This document shows positions 12,617 through 25,677 of a stretch of DNA of 64,000 bases, piece by piece. The DNA is taken from positions 18,724,001 to 18,788,000 of the forward strand of contig JBHGNT010000010.1 of assembly GCA_043228905.1 (NCBI GenBank), in the 5' to 3' direction. Position numbers and translations under genes: made by a program. The DNA comes from Azolla caroliniana (Eukaryota; Plantae; Polypodiophyta). The notes below the pieces were generated by a model. It was not told the DNA's origin, did not search any database, and saw nothing but the letters and a program-made list of their open reading frames with translations. Numbering within the stretch: position 1 is the stretch's first letter; each line of letters opens with the position of its first letter.

Positions 12617-15600
12617 TCAAACTCCTATCTCAGATATCCTGTCTAATGAAGTATTGGCAGCCTTAAGCTGCTTTGCAGTCAATTGATTTTTACCTGTCCT
12701 TGAACTTAACAAAGTAATTTTTGCTTTGTCATATTCAAGAGCAACGCGCTTGCAACATGTGACATTCCCTACAAACACAAATAAATAGTATCAAAAGACA
12801 AAAGGAAACAAGATAACTCCCATCATACATTTTCAGCCAAAAGTTATTCCATTTAATCCATGAAGAATGAAACATTTCCAGCTTCTCTAGACAATTCTCT
12901 AGATAAGAAGGCAATGAGATATGCATGCAGATGGCATACAGCACCTTACTTTTTGGTTTTTGGATATATTAGAAACCCCTGAGTGCAAATCCTTTGGTCG
13001 CTAGTTCAAATTCACTCCAAAACAACAAAATATTAGGTTCAAATCTAAATTATGGAAGAGAACCCTCTCCAAACTAAATAGTTTTTCCCTGGAAAAATCC
13101 AAAGCGCTTAACTGCCTTCTTGCAATGATTAAATAGAACTAATAGAACAATGTATGTCAAATATACAAGGGAGCTGGTGGAATCACAATGCAACCACCCA
13201 GTGTTAGCTGATAGCACCAACTAGATGCTACGGAAGTTCAAGGTACAAATAATTTGAGATCCCTAAGAAACACTAGATGCTATGCGCAGAAATTTTACGA
13301 CTCCATTAGGAATGGACAACCCAAATGACAACTTACTTGGATTCAGCCAACCATTTTTCTCAACCACCAGATGACTGGCTGGCGGCATGGAGGCAATGGA
13401 CCATTGATGCTCACTGCACTTTCATAACCCTAACACAATACATAGCCTGGATGATACTCCATGATAAGTATGCGATGCAGAATTTGACCAGGGCTTGAAA
13501 ACTCAAGTATCAATTGGCAGACAGGATTTTGGTGAAGTAGTGAAGGTACTGATCTTGTTATGATACAGATTCAGAATCAAAAGGCTAAAATTAAACTTCC
13601 TCCCATAATGACTGAGACTGAAAATGAAAATTGAAAACGCAGACATAAGAAACAATCACATATCAGGTCAACAAATCCAGCATGTAGCTTTACATGAAAA
13701 GCATTTTTTCTCATTTTCTTCCTAATATAATTCTAGTCTTTTGGTACATGTTGGCTATATAGGCTGTAGGTTGTGCTCAATAACTCATTTAGATGCATTT
13801 TGCATTAGGACACCCCCACTCTATAGTGCCCATGCTATCAAAGCTTTAGCATCTAAGTTTTACAAAAATAATGAAATGTTTCTAAATTTTGGAAAATAAA
13901 GACAGTCAATAGTAGTAAAATCTTCAATTCTTTGCTTTTCAGCATTTTCCAAAAACAGCCTAAAAATGTGCACATAAGTGATCATTAGGCAGGACATAAG
14001 TGAACAGCCTAAAAATGTGCACTAAGCGATAAAGATTATACTTTCAATGAGCTTTTTTGGGTGTGCCTATATTTTATCAAGATTTGTTTTTGTGGGTGGT
14101 CAGCATTAACAGATCATAATGCAAGAATGATACATTTCACCTAGTTTAACAATGTCCATCCCCTCAAAACTATACATGTTTGAATTCTGTCAGTCTATAA
14201 TTAAAAAAAGGTCACCCACCAAAACACTTCCAGCTAAGCAATGTCATAGGCAACAGATTAACAAGAGAAACATAGAAAAGCCTTGCCATTAGCAAGGATC
14301 ACAAGTTTGAGGTATCTCACCACTCAAATCAAGGAGATTGAAGAAGAGTGGGTAATTGTTGATACTAGTAATGAATGTTATTGCACACCAAATCTTCTCA
14401 TATTCTGAACGGCCACATCTGATAATACATAATCTTGTAATTGGGTTTACATACTTCACTGCAACAAGAACAAAAAGATTCAGAAGAATTGTTATGAAAC
14501 ACAATAAAAGAAAGGGAGATAAAAGGAAACTCAAATATGTCATGAAATGATATGATGACAAGAATCTACAGAGTGATTAAAAACATGCAATATTTATTAT
14601 TCTCAGTATCAAACATGAAAAGCCTGGAAAAATGGTCTCATCGCTATTCAATCATCAGTGCAGAATAGTGAATCTCATAAAACAGCTAAGAAATCGTATT
14701 TCTATTGCATCTCAAGATGCAAAGTGCAGGAAACAGCATTTTGTAAAATAAATTCTCTAGTACAACTTTCCAATTTTGGCCAACCCATAACCGTGGACAG
14801 TTCATAAACTGCTGTTGTCACGATGAAACTCAAAGCTAAAATCAAGTGTGTAATTTGAATGCATGTTCAAATTCATGCAGCACTAGCAAAAATGCCTACT
14901 GAGAGGACATCAACAACAATGTTGCCAGCAGAAATCTCTTCAATGACACACTCACACTAAGGCATACTCATTCTTCTTCAAATATTCAAGATTCTTCCTC
15001 AAATCTTAGAAAGAAGGTGCAACTCACACATAAGGTGCACATAAAGCATCTAAAGAAATTCAGCACACTCTCAAAAATCTTGTGTGAACATGACTTTATC
15101 ATCAGAAAAACAGCCACTAAAGAAGGTTATGAAAGCATATATTATGATATGAGAACTCGTGTTTTGGTCATGTTATCTTTCTTTGATACACTAACTCTTG
15201 GGAAAAGAAATTGTATACATCCTTGGACATTGGCAAGCTTCTTATGAAGAATGGATTCCATCTTCATTAACTCTCTAGTGGAAAAGCCTGTTCTTAATAT
15301 TTCAGTTGTAGATTGAGTTCATAAGGACATCTTGTTCATGTGGACTTGTTCCAAGTGGTCAAGGGAAATTATCCCTTCATTTCTTTACTGATCACATGAC
15401 CACTGCAATTATTCTCCATGAACAATCAACCAATGAAGAAATTTCACATTAACAAATTTCATATATGCTAACCATAAGGTTGCATAGCACAACTTCCTCA
15501 GGTGGGAGATGTTGAGAAGATTACAAAGACAAAATAGAATCCCTTTCAATCCGCGGGATGTTCTCAATAACACTATGTTGTGCATCAAAAAAGAGAACGC

Positions 15601-16575
15601 TTTAATGATCAGATGAACACAATTCCAATCGTAATCTCTTCATATATAAAAAAGAATGAAACAAAAATTCTAATCAAACAACTTGATCACAATGTCAAAG
15701 ATTTGTTGTTTGCATCTGACAATTATGCACAGCCCATAGAATCGGACGAAATTAAAAAACAAAACTATACTCTTGGGAGGGTAGTGAATTCCTCCTCCTG
15801 CAAACACCCATTGACACGAAGACAAAGGTATTGTTGTTATAGACTCCCAAATCCAAAAGGAATTGTAAATATCCATAATAACATTGCCCCCATTTTCTTC
15901 AAGTCATCTACCCCCCTTTAATTCCTAAAACTATATTTTCTTAAGTTTCTTCCTCCCCCCCTCCCAACATAAAACAAAATATCTACAAACACAAACAATG
16001 TAAAAGAAACAAGCATATGTGGCCTACTTTGCTTCAATGTGCCAGAAACCGAAGAACATCTCACATTGGAAAACCTTGCAATGAAGACATCAGGCATGAT
16101 TTTCACGATTTCCTACAAGGTTGTATTAGTTTGCAAGAACAGAACCATCACCATGGACATTTGGAATTCACTTTGCCCATCTATTCGGTCACAGAACCAA
16201 AACTCAAGGAGGATACAAACAGTGAGTTTGGGAGGAGTGCTTTGTGACAATTGTTGGTCCCACAGGACATATTAACCCCCTCACTGACATTAACACATCA
16301 TGATGATCATAAACGACTCTCTTTCTCTTTCTAGCTTAGCAATTAATGCCGCAGCATCAAAGCCATAAAATAAAGAGGTCAATCCTTACCATGGGCTCGT
16401 CCCTGTTCCCCAAGGATGTCATATTTCAGTCTCTCACAGGATTACAAGAGATGAAAAACACAATAACCAGATGTTTAATAGGCAGATAAGATCAACTAAA
16501 CTATCAAAGACTGGGTTGAGGCTAACTATTGCTTTTCTCTTCCGAAACTATTGATTCACAAGTATATATATTTCC

Positions 16576-16611
<36 letters not shown>

Positions 16612-16765
16612 CTTGCAGTGTAGATTGAGAAGAGCCGAGCCCAAACTCTCCAAAGGTGTGCAGGATACTGTCCTTGATGGCGGTAGTGAGAAGAGAGTGG
16701 GTTAGCAGGGGACCTTCTCCATCATAAAACAGCTCCAGCACCATGTATCGATAGTTCAGCACCAT
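12617..16765 (-). CDS. POP5: RNase MRP/RNase P protein subunit POP5 (Rpp14/Pop5 family), 147 aa
   Basis: Exons 16765..16612, 14458..14321 and 12768..12617, all GT-AG and phase-consistent. Protein MVLNYRYMVLELF...AIKDSILHTFGEFGLGSSQSTLQVKYVNPITRLCIIRC...LLDLSGNVTCCKRVALEYDKAK...NTSLDRISEIGV* is collinear with plant POP5 (Arabidopsis EMB1687). Confidence 0.92.
14900..16300 (-). mobile_element. Decayed LINE APE-endonuclease region within POP5 intron 1
   Basis: Minus-strand remnants in the expected order: VRGL (NVRGLN motif, ~16275), IYNSFWIWESITTIPLSSCQWVFAG (W..L...W...GDFN region) and SRIER (SRIDR motif, ~15550). Confidence 0.5.
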
Positions 16766-16867
16766 TTGTCGTAAAGATTTTCTTCCTTTCTGTCTGTCTT
16801 ACAGACCCCTACAGGGGCACATACATAAATATTATTTCTCTGTATGTGTATGTATATACATAGATAC

Positions 16868-17106
16868 CAGGAATCGGCAGAGTCTCGGCTCAAGCCTGAA
16901 CCGAACCGTTAAATCGTTTTGAACAGTTTGGCGGTTATGTTTAGGCTTGAGCTTCCTTAACCGGTTTGAGCTTAGTTTAGGATGGCTCAAGCTGAACTGC
17001 ACCAATTTGGGCCGAACCGGTTAAGGCTTACTCGGCTTGGCCAAACCGGTTACGTTTGGACAAGGGCAAACTGGTTAAGCCAAAACCAAACCGTTGCTGA
17101 TTCCTA
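16868..17106. mobile_element. hAT-superfamily MITE (family A), 239 bp
   Basis: Imperfect TIRs CAGGAATCGGCA / TGCTGATTCCTA. Perfect 8-bp TSD ATAGATAC at 16860-16867 and 17107-17114. Multiple AACCG/CGGTT subterminal motifs. Confidence 0.85.
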
Positions 17107-18300
17107 ATAGATACATTACACCATACAAACATCATTAATATACACACATGGCTGACATAGATGAGGAATGTGTTTAGAGTTTCTACAATGACATAGTTCC
17201 CAAAATTACACTTGGGAGTTAGTTTTCCGATATCCCCGAACACATACTTTGTAAAGGGGGAGATTTTTCTTCATGGATATTCTAGTGTATAAGCAAATCA
17301 CGCCGAAAAAATGGGTTTGTTTCATCAAAATACATTTGAGACAATGTTGTTATCTCGATCATAATTCAAAATCAGTTTCACTAAACACATTCTATGTGAG
17401 TACATCCCCGATTTCAAATATGCCAAGGGAGTGAAACTATAATGCCAAACAAAGGGTTCTTGATGAAATTACTGTAGGTAAAGTTGGCAAGTGGATGAAG
17501 ATAATCAATCAATACAAAATGTGTATGTATGAACTATAAGTCAATGAAACTTAAATAATCAATCGATACAAAATGTATATGAATAAACCATATGTAAATG
17601 AAACTTATGTATGTAAAATGAGTGGCCCAAGAGATCTATAAAGTCAGCTACTTATTGTTGCACAGCCCAAGCCATTAATCAATCAAGAAGTAACATTTAT
17701 CTTATCCTTATAAAGAAAAAACATTAAAGTGAGGACAAATCACTTTGTTCTTGAAGATTGCATGTAACAAAAACCTAGATAAGAGGCAATCAACAAAGCC
17801 AACAAGAAGGTTGATTATCATAAGCGAGATTGGTATCTTTCAAAGCAAGTAACAAGACATGATGTCAACACAATTTCAACAAAAACACTCACTTTGTTTT
17901 ACTTGGAACATATGGATCAAGTATAGACATTTATTAATAGGAACTATTTTCACTCTCAAAGTTTTGAACCCTCAATAAACTTGTAATTCTTCTTGACCAA
18001 CAAGCAAAACAATGGCAAGTTTTGCATATTTTCTCACTTTAGTAAATCAAGATATCTTTAAAAGGTATACAAAACCTAGAACATGGAGGGTTTGCTGATG
18101 TAATTCAATTGAAGTGATCTTATCACAATGGCAGTGGCCAAATAGCTCTAAGTATTAACTAGCATTACAATCTAGGGAGTTAAAATTAACCAAAGCTACA
18201 ATCAAAAAATGTCACAATTTAAAATACAAACTTCATGATCTTGATGTTCAAACATACAAGAGTCATAGCTCTTATTACAAAAGGATCTAGTACGTAAGTT

Positions 18301-21300
18301 CTAATCACGGGGTACAATCTTGAAGCGCCGCCTCTCCTGCAAATAAATTTCAAATAATGTCAATTCAAATAACATACATCCAAGCATGTTTATAAACCCT
18401 AGAACACCAATAGAGGGAAGTTTTCAGGTTTAGATCTTAAATTGTGACCCACATATCAAATTACAAGTCACAATTTTATATAGCATAACAAAGGCTGATT
18501 ATCAAAGACAGCATAATAAAACAATTAAATTGCACATCTCCAAATCATGTGCGAAAAATATGGGGCAAAATTTAACTATTTTAAAATGAATGCTTAAACC
18601 GTGAGTGCCTTTTTACTGTGTTCCATATAACACACATCATCCCTACCACCCCTTTAAATAAACAATTATACTCAATTGTCCTTATAGTCCTTCTACATAA
18701 ATATTTCAAGAACCAAGAACTCTCTCTGAATGTAACAAGCTTAATATTCCAAGGTCTTCCAATATGCTTGAGTATTTTACCATAATACCCCTAAGTTTTC
18801 AAACTTCAACAGAATAACTCTTATCTCACAACGAAGAACATTATGAATGCAACTAAATTGATAGGTGCAAATCTTAGTTGATATCTACCTAAAGAAGAAA
18901 ACCTATGCAAAATGGATTGATACAAGCATATTGGAGATGGAGAGAGAGAAAGAGTGCATACCGATCCAGAGAGAGCTTGTTGAGTGTGAGCAGGGCAGAA
19001 CGCAATGACGATGGCAGGGGTCTTAGAGACACCGTTGCCAATACGAATGTCAAGAGAGAGACCCGCATCCATGGCACAGGACACATGAAACGTTGACGTG
19101 CAGCCTACCTCTGTACATTGAATGCAGGCACCCTTACCACAACCATCAAAACTAGTTTCACTATTGTCGGTGGTCTTATTAGGATTAGTAGTGCCTTTCT
19201 TGCAGAAGATGCAAGGAAGGTTCCATCGCCAAGAAGGAACTTGACTACATTCTATTTCTTCTCTTTCTCGAGCTTTTCTATAGAACACTTCAGGCACGAA
19301 CAATGCACAGGATAGATGTGCCCATCCTCCCCCAGTTGTCTCCTTCATCGCTCCTTCTCTCTTTGGGCACAGGCAACAAATCCTAGAATTATCACAACCA
19401 TTGATGTTTGCAACTGTTGCTAAGCTTAAAGTATTCTGTTTTGCCTTCTTCTCCACGCATTGCTTGCAGAACCAATCACCCTCTGGTATGCCATCTATGA
19501 GTGGATAGCCGTAGCAGCTTGCGTGCACCATCACATTGCAACCATCACAGAAGACTATAGGATCCTCTTCATCTGCATCTTCTTCCATGCACACGTCACA
19601 GAACACCCCATCCTCTTCATCTTCATCTTCATTTTCATCCACTTCTTTGCTTTCCCTGTCTTCTTCACCACATGCATTCTGGGTTTCTTTGCATGTGTTA
19701 TACTCACCAGTATAACAGTCTTTGTCTGATTTTGTGCAATCCTCTAACAACACATTCGAACTATGATGATTTTGATCTTTGCTAAATTCTTCTATTTCAC
19801 CATTTGAGTAATGCTCTTTTACTACAGACACTGCATAGGATCCCATTGTTTCTTCGGGTCGTGCCTTCTTCAAACAACACACATTCACCTCATTTTCTTC
19901 TGAGCATGAATTATCTTTCTTTTCAACACATGAAATATATGAATCGTGTCCTTTAACCTTATCTTTATTTTCCACACAGGGGTTTAATGAATTATGTCTT
20001 TTGAACTGGTCTTTGTTTTCCACAGAAATATTTAACTGACTATTTCTTTTGAACTGATATTCTTTATTCACGGATAGTTTTGATTTAAACCGGTCTTTCT
20101 CTTCCAGACATAGTTTTGATGGATCATTTCCTTTCAACTGTATTCTTTTCTTCTTCTTCAAACAGAGTTTCTCGCTGGGATATTCTTCACCTTTTAACTT
20201 CAAACCGTCTCTGTTAACCACGACCTTCTTCAGATCTGTTAATTGATGATCATCTCCATCTTTCTTTAAGTGACAAAAGCTGGAAGACTCTTTTTCATTA
20301 ACGAAAATAGCCGTCTTTTTCAAGCATAAATTGGTTTCAAGGATTTTTCTCTTCTCTAATGAATTCAGATCATCCTTTTTCAATTTGATTTTTTGTGACC
20401 TTTCTGCAATTCTCTTCATTAATTCTGAGAGCTTCCCATCTCTTTCTTTAACCAGTTCTCTTTTCTTCAAGCATAGGTCACCACCACCTTCCATTAACTC
20501 CAAATCTTTTCTCCTTTTTGATGATGAACTCTGATCATTTTTTCTTCTCGAGATAACTTTGGTTAATTCTTCTCTTTTTCTCTCCTTTGCATCAATGCGT
20601 CTCAAATCCTTTTCATTAACCAGATCTCCTTTCTTCAATTTCATTTCTTCATTGGCTTCTCTTGAAACAGATTCTTCCCTCTTCCTTGACAAAGAACTGT
20701 GGTCATCCTCCATTTTCAGACAAGCATATGTTGCTTCTTCTCGTTTTCTCTCTCTCACCTCTACATTCTCTTTTACACCTTCTTTCTTCGAGCTTATATG
20801 TCTATCTCCATCCTTGGAATATTTCTTCTCTGTTTTTTCTTTATCTGTTTTCATTACCTTACTGGATGACTGAACAGAATTCGTTTTTGTTATCTTTGCA
20901 GTCTCTTCGCTTACCTTTGAAAGCTTCGGTGTCTTCTTTGCATCACCTTTCTTCTCTGATTCTCTTAATTTATCAGGCTCCGATGGCCTAATCATCTTCT
21001 TATTGCCCTCGGCATTCTTCTGAGCTGATGCAGGAACATTCTGCATACTAGTATTTAATGGACCGAGAGATGATCTAACCTTGGAGATCTTAGAGTTTAG
21101 CACTGAGCATGAAATATCCGAGGCCAACTTCAGGCAATGATTGGAGGCCAATTCCTGAAGGATAGCGGGATCAGGCGGAGGAGAAGCAGAAGCGAAGCTA
21201 TGGTTAATTATCTTTTTGAATGGCGCCATTTCGTTCTCTTTGTCGTCGTTTTCTTCTTCATCTTCCAGTGAGGCGAAGAACTGGAGAGCACAGACACGTT

Positions 21301-21517
21301 TCTTAGCAGGAAGGCAACATACCTGTACAGGAGGGCGGTGGAGGTGATCATCATGGGGCATGGATGGAGAATTCGGGAGGTGCGTCTTCTCCTTCTGAAG
21401 AATTTTGAACCGTTTGAGAGGGGGGAGGCCATGGAACCTCTGGTCTTCGTCCTCGGCGCCGCTGGGGTCCTGAGGTGAGAAGAGTTCGCGAAGGAGAAGA
21501 TGCTTCTGTGCAGCCAT
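18301..21517 (-). CDS. PHD finger + extended PHD (PZP, JADE/BRPF-like) chromatin protein, ~863 aa
   Basis: Exon 1 is 21517..18962 (ATG of MAAQK; donor TCG|gtatgc). Exon 2 is 18336..18301 (ERRRFKIVPRD*). PHD: CDVC...IVFCDGCNVMVHASCYG...IPEGDWFCKQC. ePHD: CCLCP...GAMK...WAHLSCALFVPEV...CIFC...CIQC...FHVSC...FCPAH. The N-terminal LPPLKRF and CLPAKKR motifs are typical of the plant At3g14740-like family. Confidence 0.9.
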
Positions 21518-21559
21518 GGGAGGTGGGGAGGGAGCTGAATGACAGGATACTCTCTCTCT

Positions 21560-21655
21560 CAGTTGGTCCTTTCTTCTTCTTCTTCTTCTTCTTCTTCTTC
21601 TGCTTCTTTCTGCTTCTTCTTCTTCTTCTTCTTCTTCTTCTGCTTCTTTCTGCGT
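21560..21655. repeat. (CTT)n / (GAA)n trinucleotide tract in the 5'UTR of the PHD gene
   Basis: Directly visible. It extends the ORF track artificially to 21796. Confidence 0.9.
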
Positions 21656-23473
21656 TTTTTCCTTCGACGAAAGAGAAAGGCTTCGAAATTTCTGTGTTTT
21701 CACAGTTCGAATTCCTCGCTTCTTCTTTTTTGAATTTTCGGCCCAATTCGAAATTTTGGGCCTGCCGCGAAAACCTGCTTTTCCCGCCAAAACCACCTCC
21801 TTCTAATTGCAAACCATTTGCAATTCATTCAATACATACATACATATTGATATACATACATACATACCTACATATTGATATACATACATACATACATGAT
21901 ACATATATCCCACCACCGGCTCTCATTTGGGGTTCTTGACTTTTGGGTTATGTAACTCTTGAGCGTGTTCTCACATGTCCCTTCGCTCCACGTGGGCTCG
22001 CCTCAATGACTCCTCTTGTGATGAGGGCTCTCGGTTCCATAACGAAGTGAACTTCAGCAGACTAGCGCGTGTAAGAGTGTCCAAGCTAATCACCTCGGCG
22101 AGGGATATCACGATGTCCTATTGCCAATGTAACATCTTCCTCGTATGGGTCAATTGAACGGACGTCATTGGATAGAGGTGTGGGTTTGGACTCGAGTAGT
22201 ATCCCCTTTGGGATGGTGATTGTCTTGGGGTTATGCATATTACTAAATTCTAGCACCGACTACCAATGAGTATGTATGCTAATTACCACCAAAGATGGAA
22301 TCTACCCCATTAGGACATGATGTTGTGGTGAGGATGATCTAATCCTAGATTGCTTTCTCTTCCTTTGAGCTTCGAACCTTTGATGACGGTACCTCATGAT
22401 TAGCATTAAGGAGCAAACAACCCAACAAATGTCCAAGATGTAAACCAACTCCTTTTCCTCCATTGCAAAGAATATACAAGCACAATATGAAGAGTTGGAA
22501 AGAACTTCAAACATGGTGGAAGTTGCGAGATTTTCCCTTCGACAATCATGGGAAGATCGAGGCATATGCACCAAGCTTAGCCTTTGTTGCATTGCAAATC
22601 ATAAATAAGGGAATCTCGTTATGAGACGAAAGGTGGAGAAAAAAAGTAAACAAATTTATCCATGACATATTCCTTTTTTCCATATAATAATATTGTTCAC
22701 TTGGCTATCTTGGGTTCAAATATATTTCTCGCATATGTTACACTCTTCACCCTAATCTTCCATGTAAATTTCATTTAACCAAAATCTTCTCTTGAGTTTT
22801 GTCTATCTCATCTATATCCTACATTTTCAACACACACACACTCACTCAAATTTGATGCACACATGAATTTTTGACATATTCTCACCCATTAGAGTAATGT
22901 CATGAAATGTTTTCCATTGTCAACGAACTGACGATATCAAAATTTCTACCATGTCTCTTTCTCTAAAACATTACTCAAAAAAGTGGGCAGACATATGAAG
23001 ATATGATTTTCCTGAAACAACAATCCTTTTAAGGCAAATGGAAGGATTTGTTAGTTTTTGTGGAGAGAAATGACAAAATGGAATGGCAATATGTACCCCC
23101 GCGATGGTTGTTCCCTCCATAGGGGGAGGTTGGTTTCAATTAGGACATAATGGGGGATCTCTTACCCACCACTAAATTGTATCATTATAGGCTTGTATTT
23201 GCTTATTGCATTGGTAATGGAAACTATGGTGTAGTTAATAAATAAACAAATAAGTGGCTAGACATATTGCTTTATTCGTGCACCAAGTGGCCCCATGCAT
23301 GTGAAGAGTACATGTTAATGAAGAAAATGTAACACATACATATGTGACGTGTTGTGGTTTATACATAAGAGTCGATGATTTCTAACATATTCTGGAGTTT
23401 CCTAACCATGGCACACACCGATCACCCATTTCCCTTTGAAGTTTGTAATAATGTTCGTTCATATGGGCGTTCA

Positions 23474-24333
23474 CGCAAAGTAACCTAATCATTTTGCCAT
23501 AATCATGAATACGCTTAATTTTGGCAACATAATTGGTAAGTTGATCATCATTGACATCACTTCTTTTCTCATGTTAATGTTGCTCGATGTGATTGGACTT
23601 GTTGCAACACCAATGTTATGGTTTGTGTTCGACAACTTGCTCCGTGATTCACGTATTGTGAACCTTAACCAACACAAAAACGTTCTATTACTTATAGCTA
23701 TTACATTGTAAGTTTTTACAAGGACTTTGTTTGATTAAAGTTGCTCATTTTAAAACCTAATGATTAATTATGATTTTGTTATTCGCAAGTGATTACCAAA
23801 TGGCAAATATACACGTTATCCAAGTGACGAGCATCATTTGATGTTTGGTGGTGACCATGTGTAGGTATGGGGATACCACAAAAATAAGTGATAAGCTTGG
23901 CAATCTATGATGAACTCTCATACATTTTCTTCTCGTTGATTATAATACAGTTTCTTTAAATCCTATTTTCCTTTCCTAATTCACTCTTGTTTATTGCTTC
24001 GACTTTGATTGAGTTCTAATACGATAAAGGAATGACTAGAAGGAATATATCAACATCGTGCTTGTGCTTGTGAATATTAGCATTGCTTAAGTGCATTATG
24101 AGTAAGAAAAAGGAATGTCCCGATGTAAGGATACGAGCTCGACAAGAAAGAACGATAACAAGAAGTGATGTATGGAGTATGGATTCCATTACCATGGATA
24201 TGACGAGACCTGCAAATGTTATATTTTACATCAGACGCAACATCCAGAAGCCATTTATAAAATAAATGAACGAGGTACCTTCAATCAATAATTGTGTTGC
24301 GTATATATCGTAGGCTCGTTAGGGCATTCACTT
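23474..24333. repeat. ~860-bp direct repeat, copy 1
   Basis: cgcaaagtaac...ttagggcattcactt is repeated at 25678-26536 with scattered substitutions and small indels. Confidence 0.95.
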
Positions 24334-24344
24334 GTGCATGTGTG

Positions 24345-25385
24345 TGTGTGTGTGTGTCTTCCTTGTACGTTTGGTCGTCTTGTGACGAGGGAGCGTTTCG
24401 GGTGTGCCCATGCACCTCTCCTCCTCATAAAGACATATGAGCATTTGTGTGTGTGTTTGTGTCTTCCTTGTACGTTCGGCCATCTTGTGACGAGGGAGCG
24501 TTTCGGGCGTGCCCATGAACCTCTCCTCCTCATAAAGACGTACGAGCATTTGTGCGTGTGTTTGTGTCTTCCTTGTACGTTCGGCCATCTTGTGACGAGG
24601 GAGCGTTTCGGGCGTGCCCATGAACCTCTCCTCCTCATAAAGACGTACGAGCATTTGTGCGTGTGTTTGTGTCTTCCTTGTACATTCGATCGTCTTGTGG
24701 CGAGGGAGCGTTTCGGGCGTGCCCATGAACCTCTCCTCCTCATAAAGACGTACGAGCATTTGTGCGTGTGTTTGTGTCTTCCTTGTACGTTCGATCGTCT
24801 TGTGGCGAGGGAGCGTTTCGGGTGTGCCCATGCACCTCTCCTCCTCATAAAGGCGTACGAGCATTTTGTGCGTGTGTTTGTGTCTTCCTTGTACATTCGG
24901 TTGTCTCGTGACGAGGGAGCGTTCGGGCTTGCCCATGCACCTCTCCTCCTCATAAAGACATACGAGCATTTTGTGTGTGTGTTTGTCTTCCTTGTACGTT
25001 CGGTCGTCTCATGACGATGGAGTGTTCGGGCTTGCCCGTGCACCTCTCCTCCTCATAAAGGCGTACGAGCATTTTGTGTGTGCGTTTGTGTCTTCCTTGT
25101 GCGTTCGGCCGTCTTGTGACAAGGGAGCGTTTCGGGCGTGCCCGTGAACCTCTCCTCCTCATAAAAACGTACGAGCATTTGTGCGTGTGTTTGTGACTTC
25201 CTTGTATGTTTGGTCGTCTTGTGACGAGGGAGCGTTCGGGCTTGCCCATGCACCTCTCCTCATCATAAAGGCGTACGAGTATTTGTGCGTGTGTTTTGTG
25301 TCTTCCTCATATGTTCGACGTCTTGTGACGAGGGAGCGTTCAAGTGTGCCCATGCACCTCTCCTCCTCATAAAGACGTACGGTCA
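24345..25385. repeat. 105-bp minisatellite, ~10 copies
   Basis: Unit gtcttccttgtacgttcggccatcttgtgacgagggagcgtttcgggcgtgcccatgaacctctcctcctcataaagacgtacgagcatttgtgcgtgtgtttgt. Starts at 24356, 24461, 24566, 24671, 24776, 24882, ~24985, ~25090, ~25194 and ~25300. Confidence 0.97.
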
Positions 25386-25677
25386 TTCGTGTTTGTGTTA
25401 TCGTCCCCTTGTGCGTTCATCTTGCGTGCTCATCTTGCTTGTACCCGTTTGATCACTTGGCTCATGTAGTGATCTCGAAAGGTCGACGAGTCGTGATCAA
25501 TGAAAGCCATCGGCCTCACAAAACAAAGGGCAACGAGCCTTTGCTCGGGAAGGGGTCGGGAAGTAGTATTGTCGTAAAGCAAACCTCCAATCTTCTCTAT
25601 CCCTTGAGTACTCCCTAGTCCAAGACCCCCGTTGTCCCGCCCAAGTAACACACGCGCACGAAACTTCGCGACAACGT

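Noticed and set aside
12735-12944. ORF containing ENCLEKLEM as POP5 last exon
   Set aside because: The true exon is 12768..12617 in another frame, with a proper acceptor and better similarity.
18821-18961. C-terminal tail of the 991-aa ORF
   Set aside because: This is intron read-through. The donor at 18961 splices to the conserved final exon 18336..18301.
21518-21796. N-terminal 93-aa extension of the PHD ORF
   Set aside because: It has a non-ATG start and runs through the (GAA)n 5'UTR. The ATG at 21517 precedes the conserved motifs.
22300-23200. Possible PIF/Harbinger transposase remnant
   Set aside because: Similarity is too weak to support by eye.
24345-25385. CRISPR-like regular array
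   Set aside because: Whole 105-bp units repeat with no unique spacers, there are no cas genes, and the context is eukaryotic.
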